From a phage: a stretch of 64,000 nucleotides of DNA. Positions 20,096 to 27,598 of the stretch are shown in pieces. The first letter of the stretch is position 1. Each line of letters opens with the position of its first letter. Under the pieces are notes generated by a model that ran no database searches, was not told where the DNA came from, and worked only from the letters and a program-made list of their open reading frames with translations. The stretch is from the sequence record PV419677.1, one strand, 5' to 3'. A program made the position numbers and the translations under genes.

Positions 20096-20138
20096 CTCCA
20101 GTGGGGTCATTATACTCTGACCCCAAGAGTTTGTACAC
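20096..20138 (-). promoter_or_regulatory. early promoter cassette (type A) upstream of ndd
   Basis: minus strand GTGTACA-N17-TATAAT; -10 lies in loop of inverted repeat GGGGTCA/TGACCCC; 44 bp identical to 31163..31202. Confidence 0.55.
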
Positions 20139-20482
20139 TATTTTTGTAGTTGTTCTAAAATAAATCCACTGGTGTAAAGGCTTGCATTATACAGACGGTC
20201 AAGAGACAACGAATCCAACCCATAAGCTTCACGAATTGCATTCACAACACTTTCATAACTTGTATAATAAACATCGCGATAATCGCGGTCCATAGTCATG
20301 CGGAACTTAATAAATTTATAGAAACCAGTTTCAGGGTCCTGATAGAATGCAAATTCAGCAGACATCAAATTTTTAAGGTTAACAGCTTTTGTGCCACCTG
20401 AATAACTTAAATCAAATGCTTCTGATATGCTAATTTGTTTAAAGAACATAATGTTGCGATTACCAAAAAATACTTTAGACAT
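20138..20482 (-). CDS. hypothetical protein
   Basis: 114 aa; ndd-rIIB variable region. Confidence 0.5.
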   Translation of the reverse strand: MSKVFFGNRNIMFFKQISISEAFDLSYSGGTKAVNLKNLMSAEFAFYQDPETGFYKFIKFRMTMDRDYRDVYYTSYESVVNAIREAYGLDSLSLDRLYNASLYTSGFILEQLQK

Positions 20483-20502
20483 AATATTTTCCTCAATTAA
20501 AT

Positions 20503-20540
20503 TTTATTATCCATGGGAACATTATACTCTGCTCCCAAGA
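20503..20540 (-). promoter_or_regulatory. early promoter cassette (type A)
   Basis: near-identical copy of the 20096 cassette (GTGTACAAACTCTTGGG..GAGTATAATG). Confidence 0.5.
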
Positions 20541-20549
20541 GTTTGTACA

Positions 20550-20795
20550 CTATTCTACATCTACCGCGTCATCCCACAAGTCAACTTCTTCTGATGATTC
20601 CATCAGTTCATCAACTGTGAAGCACTCAGTATTATTTTCAATTGCAAAACGCTTCTGATAAAAAGGATAATCCAAACAGTTTTCAGTGCGCACGGGGCGC
20701 TCGCTGTTATCCATTAAAGGCGAAATGCGAATCAGTTGTTGACCATTACCCAGGACAAATTTTTCACCAACTGCAATGTCTTTAAAAAGTTTCAT
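20550..20795 (-). CDS. hypothetical protein
   Basis: 81 aa; acidic C-terminus. Confidence 0.5.
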   Translation of the reverse strand: MKLFKDIAVGEKFVLGNGQQLIRISPLMDNSERPVRTENCLDYPFYQKRFAIENNTECFTVDELMESSEEVDLWDDAVDVE

Positions 20796-20998
20796 TGCTT
20801 AGCTCCATTCCAAATTACATCAACAACAGACTTCAAACCATTATCCTGGATTTGTGTGAACACTTCAGCAGCAATCCAGAGCTGGAAACCAATCATTGCA
20901 ATGGCACCAATGAAAATCAGGATAATCATCGCCACAATAAACTTGAACATAAAGTCAAAGCGACGATTGGATTTCTGAAATTTTGAATTGTAATTCAT
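20792..20998 (-). CDS. hypothetical membrane protein
   Basis: 68 aa from ATG at 20998 (GAGGA Shine-Dalgarno); track start at 21046 is a TTG codon; TM segment FIVAMIILIFIGAIAMIGF. Confidence 0.45.
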   Translation of the reverse strand: MNYNSKFQKSNRRFDFMFKFIVAMIILIFIGAIAMIGFQLWIAAEVFTQIQDNGLKSVVDVIWNGAKQ

Positions 20999-21008
20999 AA
21001 TATTATCC

Positions 21009-21125
21009 TCAAAAGAAATAGTTAAAGTAAACGCGCACATGGTCAATCATAAAAACAATTGGGAAAATGCTCAGAACAACAAACAGTACAAACATGTTCC
21101 AAATGGCTTTAAGTAACTTTTTCAT
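21009..21125 (-). CDS. small hydrophobic protein (38 aa)
   Basis: ATG with GGAG Shine-Dalgarno directly downstream of a promoter cassette; hydrophobic. Confidence 0.35.
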   Translation of the reverse strand: MKKLLKAIWNMFVLFVVLSIFPIVFMIDHVRVYFNYFF

Positions 21126-21132
21126 AATCATC

Positions 21133-21180
21133 TCCAGTAGTTGATAGGTTCATTATACTACAACCACTGGAGATGTACAC
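21133..21180 (-). promoter_or_regulatory. early promoter cassette (type A)
   Basis: GTGTACA-N16-TATAAT followed by leader AUCAACUACUGGAG. Confidence 0.5.
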
Positions 21181-21270
21181 TCTTTTATGCAAGTTTCATT
21201 AATAATAAACTAAAACAAACGCAAATTACTGGGATACACAGCATCCAGATAAGGCACCAGGTTTTGCTGC

Positions 21271-21537
21271 TCAAAATATCACCTCTTTTATTTCAATCAG
21301 ACCTCGGTACAATGCAGTGCGAAGGTCATAAAGAATATCTATGCCATCAACATTATCCAGTTTTCCATCAATAAGCTTTTTTAAATCTTCCTTTGATGCA
21401 ATCAATGGACGAAGAAATTTACAATCAGAAAGAGACAATTCTGTGGTAACATCATCACCATCACCTGACGCATCATACATAGCGGCAACAACCATACCTG
21501 TAACTTTGTGTTTGGCGTAGTATAATTTAATATCCAT
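21271..21537 (-). CDS. hypothetical protein
   Basis: 88 aa from ATG at 21537 with GAGGA Shine-Dalgarno. Confidence 0.45.
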   Translation of the reverse strand: MDIKLYYAKHKVTGMVVAAMYDASGDGDDVTTELSLSDCKFLRPLIASKEDLKKLIDGKLDNVDGIDILYDLRTALYRGLIEIKEVIF

Positions 21538-21547
21538 TTTATTTTCC

Positions 21548-21703
21548 TCATGCATAACGATTGTATGTATTTTTGCGACACGCGTAAAATTGACGCTCAG
21601 TAACTGCAAAACTTTTTCCACGTTGTTGCATTAATTTAAAAAATTCAGTAATATCGCCATTAACTTCAAGGTATAAAGTCATTGCATATTGAGCAGGTTT
21701 CAT
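21548..21703 (-). CDS. hypothetical small protein (51 aa)
   Basis: ATG with GGAGA Shine-Dalgarno just downstream of a type B cassette. Confidence 0.35.
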   Translation of the reverse strand: MKPAQYAMTLYLEVNGDITEFFKLMQQRGKSFAVTERQFYACRKNTYNRYA

Positions 21704-21720
21704 TTTATTCTCCAGTTGTT

Positions 21721-21770
21721 TGGTAACTCAGTATGGAATCATTATACATAGACTCCATACTGATGTACAC
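21721..21770 (-). promoter_or_regulatory. early promoter cassette (type B leader)
   Basis: GTGTACA -35 and TATAAT -10, conserved leader shared with 17481/35596/43795. Confidence 0.5.
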
Positions 21771-21780
21771 TACTTTTTAA

Positions 21781-22056
21781 TTAATTGTGCATTTGTTCTT
21801 TAACTTCTTTATATGCGCCAACTGCATTCACGACCCCAGTAAAATCTGCAGTCCCACGATAGAGATAGAAAGCGATTTCAGTCAGGTGGTAGACTTCAAA
21901 TTCTGAAAGATAAATGATAACGTCATAATAGGCAACTTGTCCCTGGACTTCGTTGAATACTACATCAAAAATTTCATGGGTTGGAAAATTGATGTTGTTG
22001 TTTTTGAGTGCTTGAATAAGAATTTGTTTGATGTTATTAGTAGTAACGTGTTCCAT
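21781..22056 (-). CDS. hypothetical protein
   Basis: 91 aa from ATG at 22056 with GAGGA Shine-Dalgarno. Confidence 0.45.
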   Translation of the reverse strand: MEHVTTNNIKQILIQALKNNNINFPTHEIFDVVFNEVQGQVAYYDVIIYLSEFEVYHLTEIAFYLYRGTADFTGVVNAVGAYKEVKEQMHN

Positions 22057-22059
22057 GAT

Positions 22060-22114
22060 AATGTCCTCATTTGTGTGTGAGGACATTATTACATGGTTGG
22101 TTCAGCTTGTAAAC
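22060..22114 (-). promoter_or_regulatory. early promoter
   Basis: minus strand GTTTACA -35, 16 nt spacer, TAATAAT -10. Confidence 0.45.
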
Positions 22115-22695
22115 CGGTGATAGGGAAATTTTTCTTCTGAACAAGAACGGAGGTACCAGCCATCCCCTTGTGACTTCTGCACAAGACCAGACTCAGGAAC
22201 GAAAGCGCCAGGTCCAGCAAGGAATTTTGGTTTAAATCTATAACCTTTGATAGTCTCTTTTACATCGAACATAATCATAAGGTCAGCAAGCTTGTGCTGC
22301 ATAAAAGGGCCAAGATTAACTCCGTAACCGTGTGGGTAATCGCCATGGCTGCCAGTGTGCACGGATATCCATTTGGAACCAGACTGATGGGTCTTGACTT
22401 CGATTCTTACCCCTTCCTTCGAAACTACATCAAATGCAAAGGAATAAGGATTATCGTAATCTTCATCGCCACCACATAAAAAACCGGAGGTCCATTTAGC
22501 AATAGCTTGTTCAGCCATTGTAGCCACCATACATCTTTGCATGACTTGCTCACGGTCCTGACCAGGGTCTTTACGCAATGAATACCTGGCAGTGTCTACA
22601 ATCTTTTGCAGGGATTCGGGGGTTAAGTCTTCTTTTGTATAAAGAAAGGAGGGCATCTTTTTCAGATGCTCCCATGTTTTACTCTTCTGAATCAT
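22102..22695 (-). CDS. putative PD-(D/E)xK-type nuclease (candidate denB-like)
   Basis: 197 aa; FAFDVV...RIEVKT resembles D...(D/E)xK nuclease core; lies near rIIB where T4 has denB; assignment tentative. Confidence 0.4.
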   Translation of the reverse strand: MIQKSKTWEHLKKMPSFLYTKEDLTPESLQKIVDTARYSLRKDPGQDREQVMQRCMVATMAEQAIAKWTSGFLCGGDEDYDNPYSFAFDVVSKEGVRIEVKTHQSGSKWISVHTGSHGDYPHGYGVNLGPFMQHKLADLMIMFDVKETIKGYRFKPKFLAGPGAFVPESGLVQKSQGDGWYLRSCSEEKFPYHRFTS

Positions 22696-22948
22696 CTTTT
22701 ACCTCATCGATACCGACGATTCCCCGGATATGAAGCTCGCCATAGTACAAACGGTCATTAGCATCAAATGTATCAGAATCCGGGTCAGGGAATTCCCCAA
22801 CAACTACTTCATCACATTCCAACCAGCCATAGTGAACATCACCTTCATGCTTGATGAGCTTACCACAGTAAACTATTCCCGCATAATGATGACCCCGGAG
22901 ATTTGAAACTTTGATGTCACGGTCTGACACATTGAAATGCTTAATCAT
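22679..22948 (-). CDS. hypothetical protein
   Basis: 89 aa. Confidence 0.45.
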   Translation of the reverse strand: MIKHFNVSDRDIKVSNLRGHHYAGIVYCGKLIKHEGDVHYGWLECDEVVVGEFPDPDSDTFDANDRLYYGELHIRGIVGIDEVKDDSEE

Positions 22949-22951
22949 AAT

Positions 22952-23161
22952 TTATTCACCAAAATAAGAGATACGAGTTGCCAGTACATGAGCATAAGCG
23001 CCCATCGCATCCAACTGGGCAATCAAAAGACCTTGTTGACGAGCATCGAGAGTTTCAAAAACTCCACCCTTAATAAACTCTTCAAGAGCATTAATTTTCA
23101 AAACCAGCTGGTCATATTCTTCAACTACACGTGCTTGGAAACCTAACATTTCTTTAGACAT
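22952..23161 (-). CDS. hypothetical protein
   Basis: 69 aa. Confidence 0.4.
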   Translation of the reverse strand: MSKEMLGFQARVVEEYDQLVLKINALEEFIKGGVFETLDARQQGLLIAQLDAMGAYAHVLATRISYFGE

Positions 23162-23645
23162 TGTGTTCTTCCATATATTTTAATCGAGCTTCATTTGCTT
23201 CTTCTGGAGTTGCAAAAGCTCCGACTTGAATTTGTTTTTTATTTCGCATAATAGTGGCTCGCCATGGTTTATTCAAAGCTCGTTTATCAAACGAGACTCC
23301 TTTAAATCCAGACTTGTTGTTATTATACGGGCGCTTATTTAAAGCATTCTCGCCTGGACTAACCCATCTGCAGTTATCGGGAGAGTACCCTTTATCGTTA
23401 TCTGTTCGGTCAAGTTGATGTTTGTCAGTGGGTCGTGGCCCCATATCTGTATAAAATCTTTCAAAATCATGCAGCCATTCATCGCAAACAGTGATACCCC
23501 GACCGCCATATCGAGAATAACTAATATGTGTTGGATTGCAACACCGAGCTTTCATGCCAATCCATACAATGTATTCAGGCGTGTGACCTAGCCCGTGGAC
23601 AATACCACGAGCCGAGCCATCTTTAGCAATTGTTTGTTTAATCAT
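23154..23645 (-). CDS. HNH homing endonuclease with AP2 DNA-binding domain
   Basis: 163 aa; HNH-like ...LDRTDNDKGYSPDNCRWVSPGENALNK; AP2-like SGFKGVSFDKRALNKPWRATI...AFATPEEANEAR. Confidence 0.7.
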   Translation of the reverse strand: MIKQTIAKDGSARGIVHGLGHTPEYIVWIGMKARCCNPTHISYSRYGGRGITVCDEWLHDFERFYTDMGPRPTDKHQLDRTDNDKGYSPDNCRWVSPGENALNKRPYNNNKSGFKGVSFDKRALNKPWRATIMRNKKQIQVGAFATPEEANEARLKYMEEHNV

Positions 23646-24615
23646 TGAAACGTTCGGTCACATCTTCAAGAACCAGGTAACCGCAAACCCTCATCTTACT
23701 ATCGGAATAATCCACCGGGATGCTTACAACATCACGCGGGTGAACTTTACAGGATACGATGCGCCCATCACCATGACCAAAACCGCTTCCGAGATAACCT
23801 TTAGAACAAACATGCAGCCCAGTTGAGCAGGTTTGTTCGTCATTGTCATTCACACGAGAGCGTGGCATTTTAACATATTTACCAGGACTGTTGTCGAATG
23901 TGTTTGAGTGACAATCTTTGTAGGTTGAACGAACCATTTTCCAGGCGATGAAATGACCATCTTCGGTGATTTCGATATCGTTCGCAACCAGGAAGTCAAA
24001 CAAACGTTGCACTGCTTTTTCACTCGGGTTTTCAAGGAGATTCTCGAGGAATGGCAGATAGAATTCAAAGTCTTCGCCATTTTGCATTGAATCAATGATA
24101 CGCGTAACCAGACCAGAGCGCAGTTCAATTCCCTGATAGAACAGGCTACCACCTTCAATACGCACATCGCCTTTCACATATTTTTGCACTGCAGCTTTGA
24201 TTGAGATAAACTCGATAGCATCATCAAAACGCGATTCTTTGAGCGCTTGGACAATATCATCAAAGTGCTTATGGTCTTTTGTTGCGTTCCAGACCGTACG
24301 GCCTTCAGTGATGGAAACGAATTTGCTTGATGCATTCCATACGATTTCCGGGCGGCTTCCGCCGATTGTATCAGTAACCGGGACTTCAACCGTTACTGTC
24401 ACCGGAGCATTAATCGCCACACCAACAGCTGCTTTCAGTGATGCAGAAATGGTTTTAGCTAATTTTGATTCTTTATCATTTTTCAAAACGCGGCGAATGG
24501 TGTCAACGGACACAGCAAAATATTCTGCCAATTCAGGCTGGGTATAATTGCCCGTTGAATACATCTGGACCACATCAGCTTGTTCGGCTTTAGACATACA
24601 TTTGATATTAAACAT
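23638..24615 (-). CDS. rIIB: rIIB protein
   Basis: 325 aa (T4 312 aa); adjacent to rIIA. Confidence 0.85.
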   Translation of the reverse strand: MFNIKCMSKAEQADVVQMYSTGNYTQPELAEYFAVSVDTIRRVLKNDKESKLAKTISASLKAAVGVAINAPVTVTVEVPVTDTIGGSRPEIVWNASSKFVSITEGRTVWNATKDHKHFDDIVQALKESRFDDAIEFISIKAAVQKYVKGDVRIEGGSLFYQGIELRSGLVTRIIDSMQNGEDFEFYLPFLENLLENPSEKAVQRLFDFLVANDIEITEDGHFIAWKMVRSTYKDCHSNTFDNSPGKYVKMPRSRVNDNDEQTCSTGLHVCSKGYLGSGFGHGDGRIVSCKVHPRDVVSIPVDYSDSKMRVCGYLVLEDVTERFND

Positions 24616-24616
24616 A

Positions 24617-26851
24617 TTATTCCTTATTGGCCGCTTCCACGGCCTTCATGATTTGAGCAACGTTCTGTACTTGTTCAGTTGACATGGCGTTACGGTTATA
24701 TAAAAAGTGTGAAACAATCGGGTGATTCTTTTCAAATTCAAAAACCATTTTATCGCTTGTTACCGAAGCGTTTTTGGTCAGGTCGTCATAAATCTTATTA
24801 CAAAGGACCAGAGTTTCCTGCATGGTCTTATCAACTGTTCCACTGTTATATGCGTTATAAGCAAAGAACTTATTGAACTGCATTAATTCGGCATAGTCAG
24901 TATTCACATCTTTCTGAACATCTTTTGCATAAAAATACTTGAACATAAAATTCAGTTCTGCATATTCAGACAGGATAGGAATATAATAACGCGAACGGCT
25001 TGAAGCGGCAATGTACTGGTCCGCATCAACCGCATCAATCAATTCCACATAACGATTGACTGCAGCTTCAATCAGACAATCACACTGCGCCAGCTTGGTA
25101 ATCTTTTTCTGAAGCTGTGGACGAATAACACAGAATTCATTGATTTCCAACAGGTTTGCCAGTTTACACAATGTCTGGGTCCCGAAGGTCGTGGTGCCAT
25201 ATTCTTGATTCAACGGGGAAATGCTACTGCGATTAATGAATACAGCATAACCATCGATTTCCTCTGCATCAGCTGCACATGTAAATTCTTCAACAGACTG
25301 CCATTTGCCATTAGTTTTAGTCCAACGAATCAATGATGGAGTCTTTGACTTAACGCGCGCTTTCGGGTCAGCAACCGGAATCCAGTCTTTTACAAGGGCG
25401 GTCAGTTCAGACGTACGATAGATATTAACTGTATCGCCTTTAAATCGTTCTTGAAGTTGAACCATCAGACGTGTTTGAATTTCGCTGGTTGGGTCAACGA
25501 ACAATAGACTACTACCTTGTACAGTCGGGACTTTACCAGATGCTTTGAGCTTTTTGGCTTTCGCGCTGGTGTCATATAGCATTGAACTGATACCACGAAT
25601 CATCGCAATTCGCCCTTTAGCATCGTCAATAACAATGTTCAAGGTATTATTCTGAATACCAAACATGCTCGTCAGGCTTGCAGTATTCGTGTTCGAGCTT
25701 GAGTTACGCAGACGTTTCAGACGGGTAGTGCTATAGATATCATAGACAACCCCGGCATTAATAAGGTCTTTGTCCAGCTCGAACATTTCATACATCTGGT
25801 TAAAGGTCAATTGCGATTTCGTAAATTTCGTTTCAGCATTACGAGCTTTCAGAAAATTACGAGCTTCATAACTCAGACTCTGTAATTCGCGATACGTGTG
25901 GCGGATACATTCTGATTCCTGCCATTTCTTACAATCATCTTCCATGACTTTCTTATCAAGGGATTCAATACGTTCAACGATATTTGCGACCGTACGTTTA
26001 TCCAGTGATAATGCTTCGCGAGAAGGTGCAATATCCAACGAACCCATCGGGAACTTAATAAAGACAACATCATTTTTGGCGGTCATCCAGGTTTTCTTTG
26101 TATAACCGTCAGCAATTGGATAAACAATTCCACCGTAAATTGCATAAAGACCATAACGTTCTGGGCTGCTATAATCAATACGCTCTGGAGCATAATAATC
26201 ATCAAATTCCGGGAAATAATTAATTTCGCCTACGCCTTGTACTTCAGCCAGTCCAGCAAATGGGCGCATGATATATGCAATCTCGTGGCGGAACTTACCA
26301 AAATCATTACTATCAACCGGGACAACAACTTCAATCCCTGTGCGGTCGCCAGGTTTCATTGGTTCGCTAAAGGTTGGCTTAATCTGTGGACCATCACCAT
26401 CCATATAAGCGACATAACCATTAACTTGACCATCATGATACGAAATCAGGCTAAACGTCTCTGTATAACTGAACGGAGATTTAGAACCCAGACCAAAGCC
26501 ACCAATAAAATCATTGGATTCAGCCTTGGATGATGCAAAGAAACTGTTATACAGACCTGGGGTATTTTCATCACCACGAATCTGGAAATCACTCATACCT
26601 GGGCCAAAGTCACGACACACAAAGCGTGGGTCCAGTTCACCAGGAGCTTGAACAATGAATTTATCCTGACAACCATTGAGCATATGAGCATCAATCATAT
26701 TGGTAATCAGCTCACGAACAACCGCACGCACCTTATTTGTATAAAGGTCACTGGTCAGAATCTTAAACACCTTTGGAGATGCCTGGATTGTGAATGCTGA
26801 TGCCTTGGCACCATTACCAAGGATTGTTTCCTTTTCAGTTTCTAAAATCAT
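24617..26851 (-). CDS. rIIA: rIIA protein (GHKL ATPase-like N-terminus)
   Basis: 744 aa (T4 725 aa); N-terminus MILETEKETILGNG...RELITNMIDAH matches recalled rIIA. Confidence 0.9.
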   Translation of the reverse strand: MILETEKETILGNGAKASAFTIQASPKVFKILTSDLYTNKVRAVVRELITNMIDAHMLNGCQDKFIVQAPGELDPRFVCRDFGPGMSDFQIRGDENTPGLYNSFFASSKAESNDFIGGFGLGSKSPFSYTETFSLISYHDGQVNGYVAYMDGDGPQIKPTFSEPMKPGDRTGIEVVVPVDSNDFGKFRHEIAYIMRPFAGLAEVQGVGEINYFPEFDDYYAPERIDYSSPERYGLYAIYGGIVYPIADGYTKKTWMTAKNDVVFIKFPMGSLDIAPSREALSLDKRTVANIVERIESLDKKVMEDDCKKWQESECIRHTYRELQSLSYEARNFLKARNAETKFTKSQLTFNQMYEMFELDKDLINAGVVYDIYSTTRLKRLRNSSSNTNTASLTSMFGIQNNTLNIVIDDAKGRIAMIRGISSMLYDTSAKAKKLKASGKVPTVQGSSLLFVDPTSEIQTRLMVQLQERFKGDTVNIYRTSELTALVKDWIPVADPKARVKSKTPSLIRWTKTNGKWQSVEEFTCAADAEEIDGYAVFINRSSISPLNQEYGTTTFGTQTLCKLANLLEINEFCVIRPQLQKKITKLAQCDCLIEAAVNRYVELIDAVDADQYIAASSRSRYYIPILSEYAELNFMFKYFYAKDVQKDVNTDYAELMQFNKFFAYNAYNSGTVDKTMQETLVLCNKIYDDLTKNASVTSDKMVFEFEKNHPIVSHFLYNRNAMSTEQVQNVAQIMKAVEAANKE

Positions 26852-26858
26852 GTTTTTC

Positions 26859-27068
26859 TCACTTTATGTTACGTTTGATTAATTCTGCAACTTCAAGAAG
26901 TTCATCCTTTGTTGCGGTGTCTGAAGCTATTTTAATACGGATTTCTTTGAAGCGTTCTTTAAACTCTTCAGCTTCTCTTATATCAAAAAATCGTTGGATA
27001 ACACGGTATTCTTTATGGACAGCTTTATCAAACAGTTCCATATTAACTTTGAAGTTTGTCATTTCCAA
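26859..27068 (-). CDS. hypothetical protein
   Basis: 69 aa. Confidence 0.45.
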   Translation of the reverse strand: MEMTNFKVNMELFDKAVHKEYRVIQRFFDIREAEEFKERFKEIRIKIASDTATKDELLEVAELIKRNIK

Positions 27069-27327
27069 TCTCCTGCAATATTTTTCTCATACTACGCATG
27101 GTAGCTTTATGTTCTTGGCCATGGTATATCAATGCAAGGAGTGCTTCAATTCGCTCCTCAGGAACCTTCTGGCCAGCCTTAATGCTCATGGCTGATGCTC
27201 TTACAGCCAACAAGTAACTTCGCTTCCTGTCGCTATCTGGGAGCTCCTGTACCTTCCTCAGACCTGCTTCCATAATACAACGTGCAACATTCTGCAGATT
27301 AACTAAACTTCCGTCAGACATAATCAT
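27043..27327 (-). CDS. hypothetical protein
   Basis: 94 aa. Confidence 0.45.
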   Translation of the reverse strand: MIMSDGSLVNLQNVARCIMEAGLRKVQELPDSDRKRSYLLAVRASAMSIKAGQKVPEERIEALLALIYHGQEHKATMRSMRKILQEIGNDKLQS

Positions 27328-27373
27328 ATGTTCACCTCAAGGATATCTTAACGCAATTTTTGTGGCTTGTACA

Positions 27374-27398
27374 TAATAAAAAAGGACCCGAAGGTCCT
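27374..27398 (-). terminator. rho-independent terminator
   Basis: GGACC-UUCG-GGUCC hairpin plus U-run after the 50-aa ORF stop. Confidence 0.55.
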
Positions 27399-27403
27399 TT
27401 TGG

Positions 27404-27556
27404 CTACTCAACTTTATAGACTTGCCCATATGCGGTATAGTATTCGCCATCCCAAGTCTCGCACATAATGGTGACAAAGGATGCAAACAGAGGTTTAGTA
27501 TCGGCCCACAGATAACCGTATTCGCCATTTGACAACGTAACCCACCACTTTTTCAT
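27404..27556 (-). CDS. hypothetical small protein (50 aa)
   Basis: ATG with AGGAGA Shine-Dalgarno; protein-like composition; overlapping track ORF 27337..27528 is another frame and runs through the terminator. Confidence 0.4.
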   Translation of the reverse strand: MKKWWVTLSNGEYGYLWADTKPLFASFVTIMCETWDGEYYTAYGQVYKVE

Positions 27557-27574
27557 GGACTTCTCCTATAAGAC

Positions 27575-27590
27575 GGGAGAATATTCTCCC
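27575..27590. promoter_or_regulatory. perfect 16-bp palindrome GGGAGAATATTCTCCC
   Basis: sits between gp39 stop and the next ORF; could be RNA hairpin or protein-binding site. Confidence 0.4.
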
Positions 27591-27598
27591 ACATCTAT

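Noticed and set aside
21046-21046. Track ORF starts that are not ATG (e.g. 21046 TTG, 48865 GTG, 21621 GTG)
   Set aside because: The track allows alternative start codons; where an internal ATG with a Shine-Dalgarno exists the gene start was moved to it, and 48865 is explained by the intron 3' splice site rather than a GTG start
27337-27528. 63-aa track ORF downstream of gene 39
   Set aside because: Runs through the terminator hairpin and lacks a Shine-Dalgarno; an overlapping 50-aa ORF in another frame (27404..27556) has a good Shine-Dalgarno and stops before the terminator
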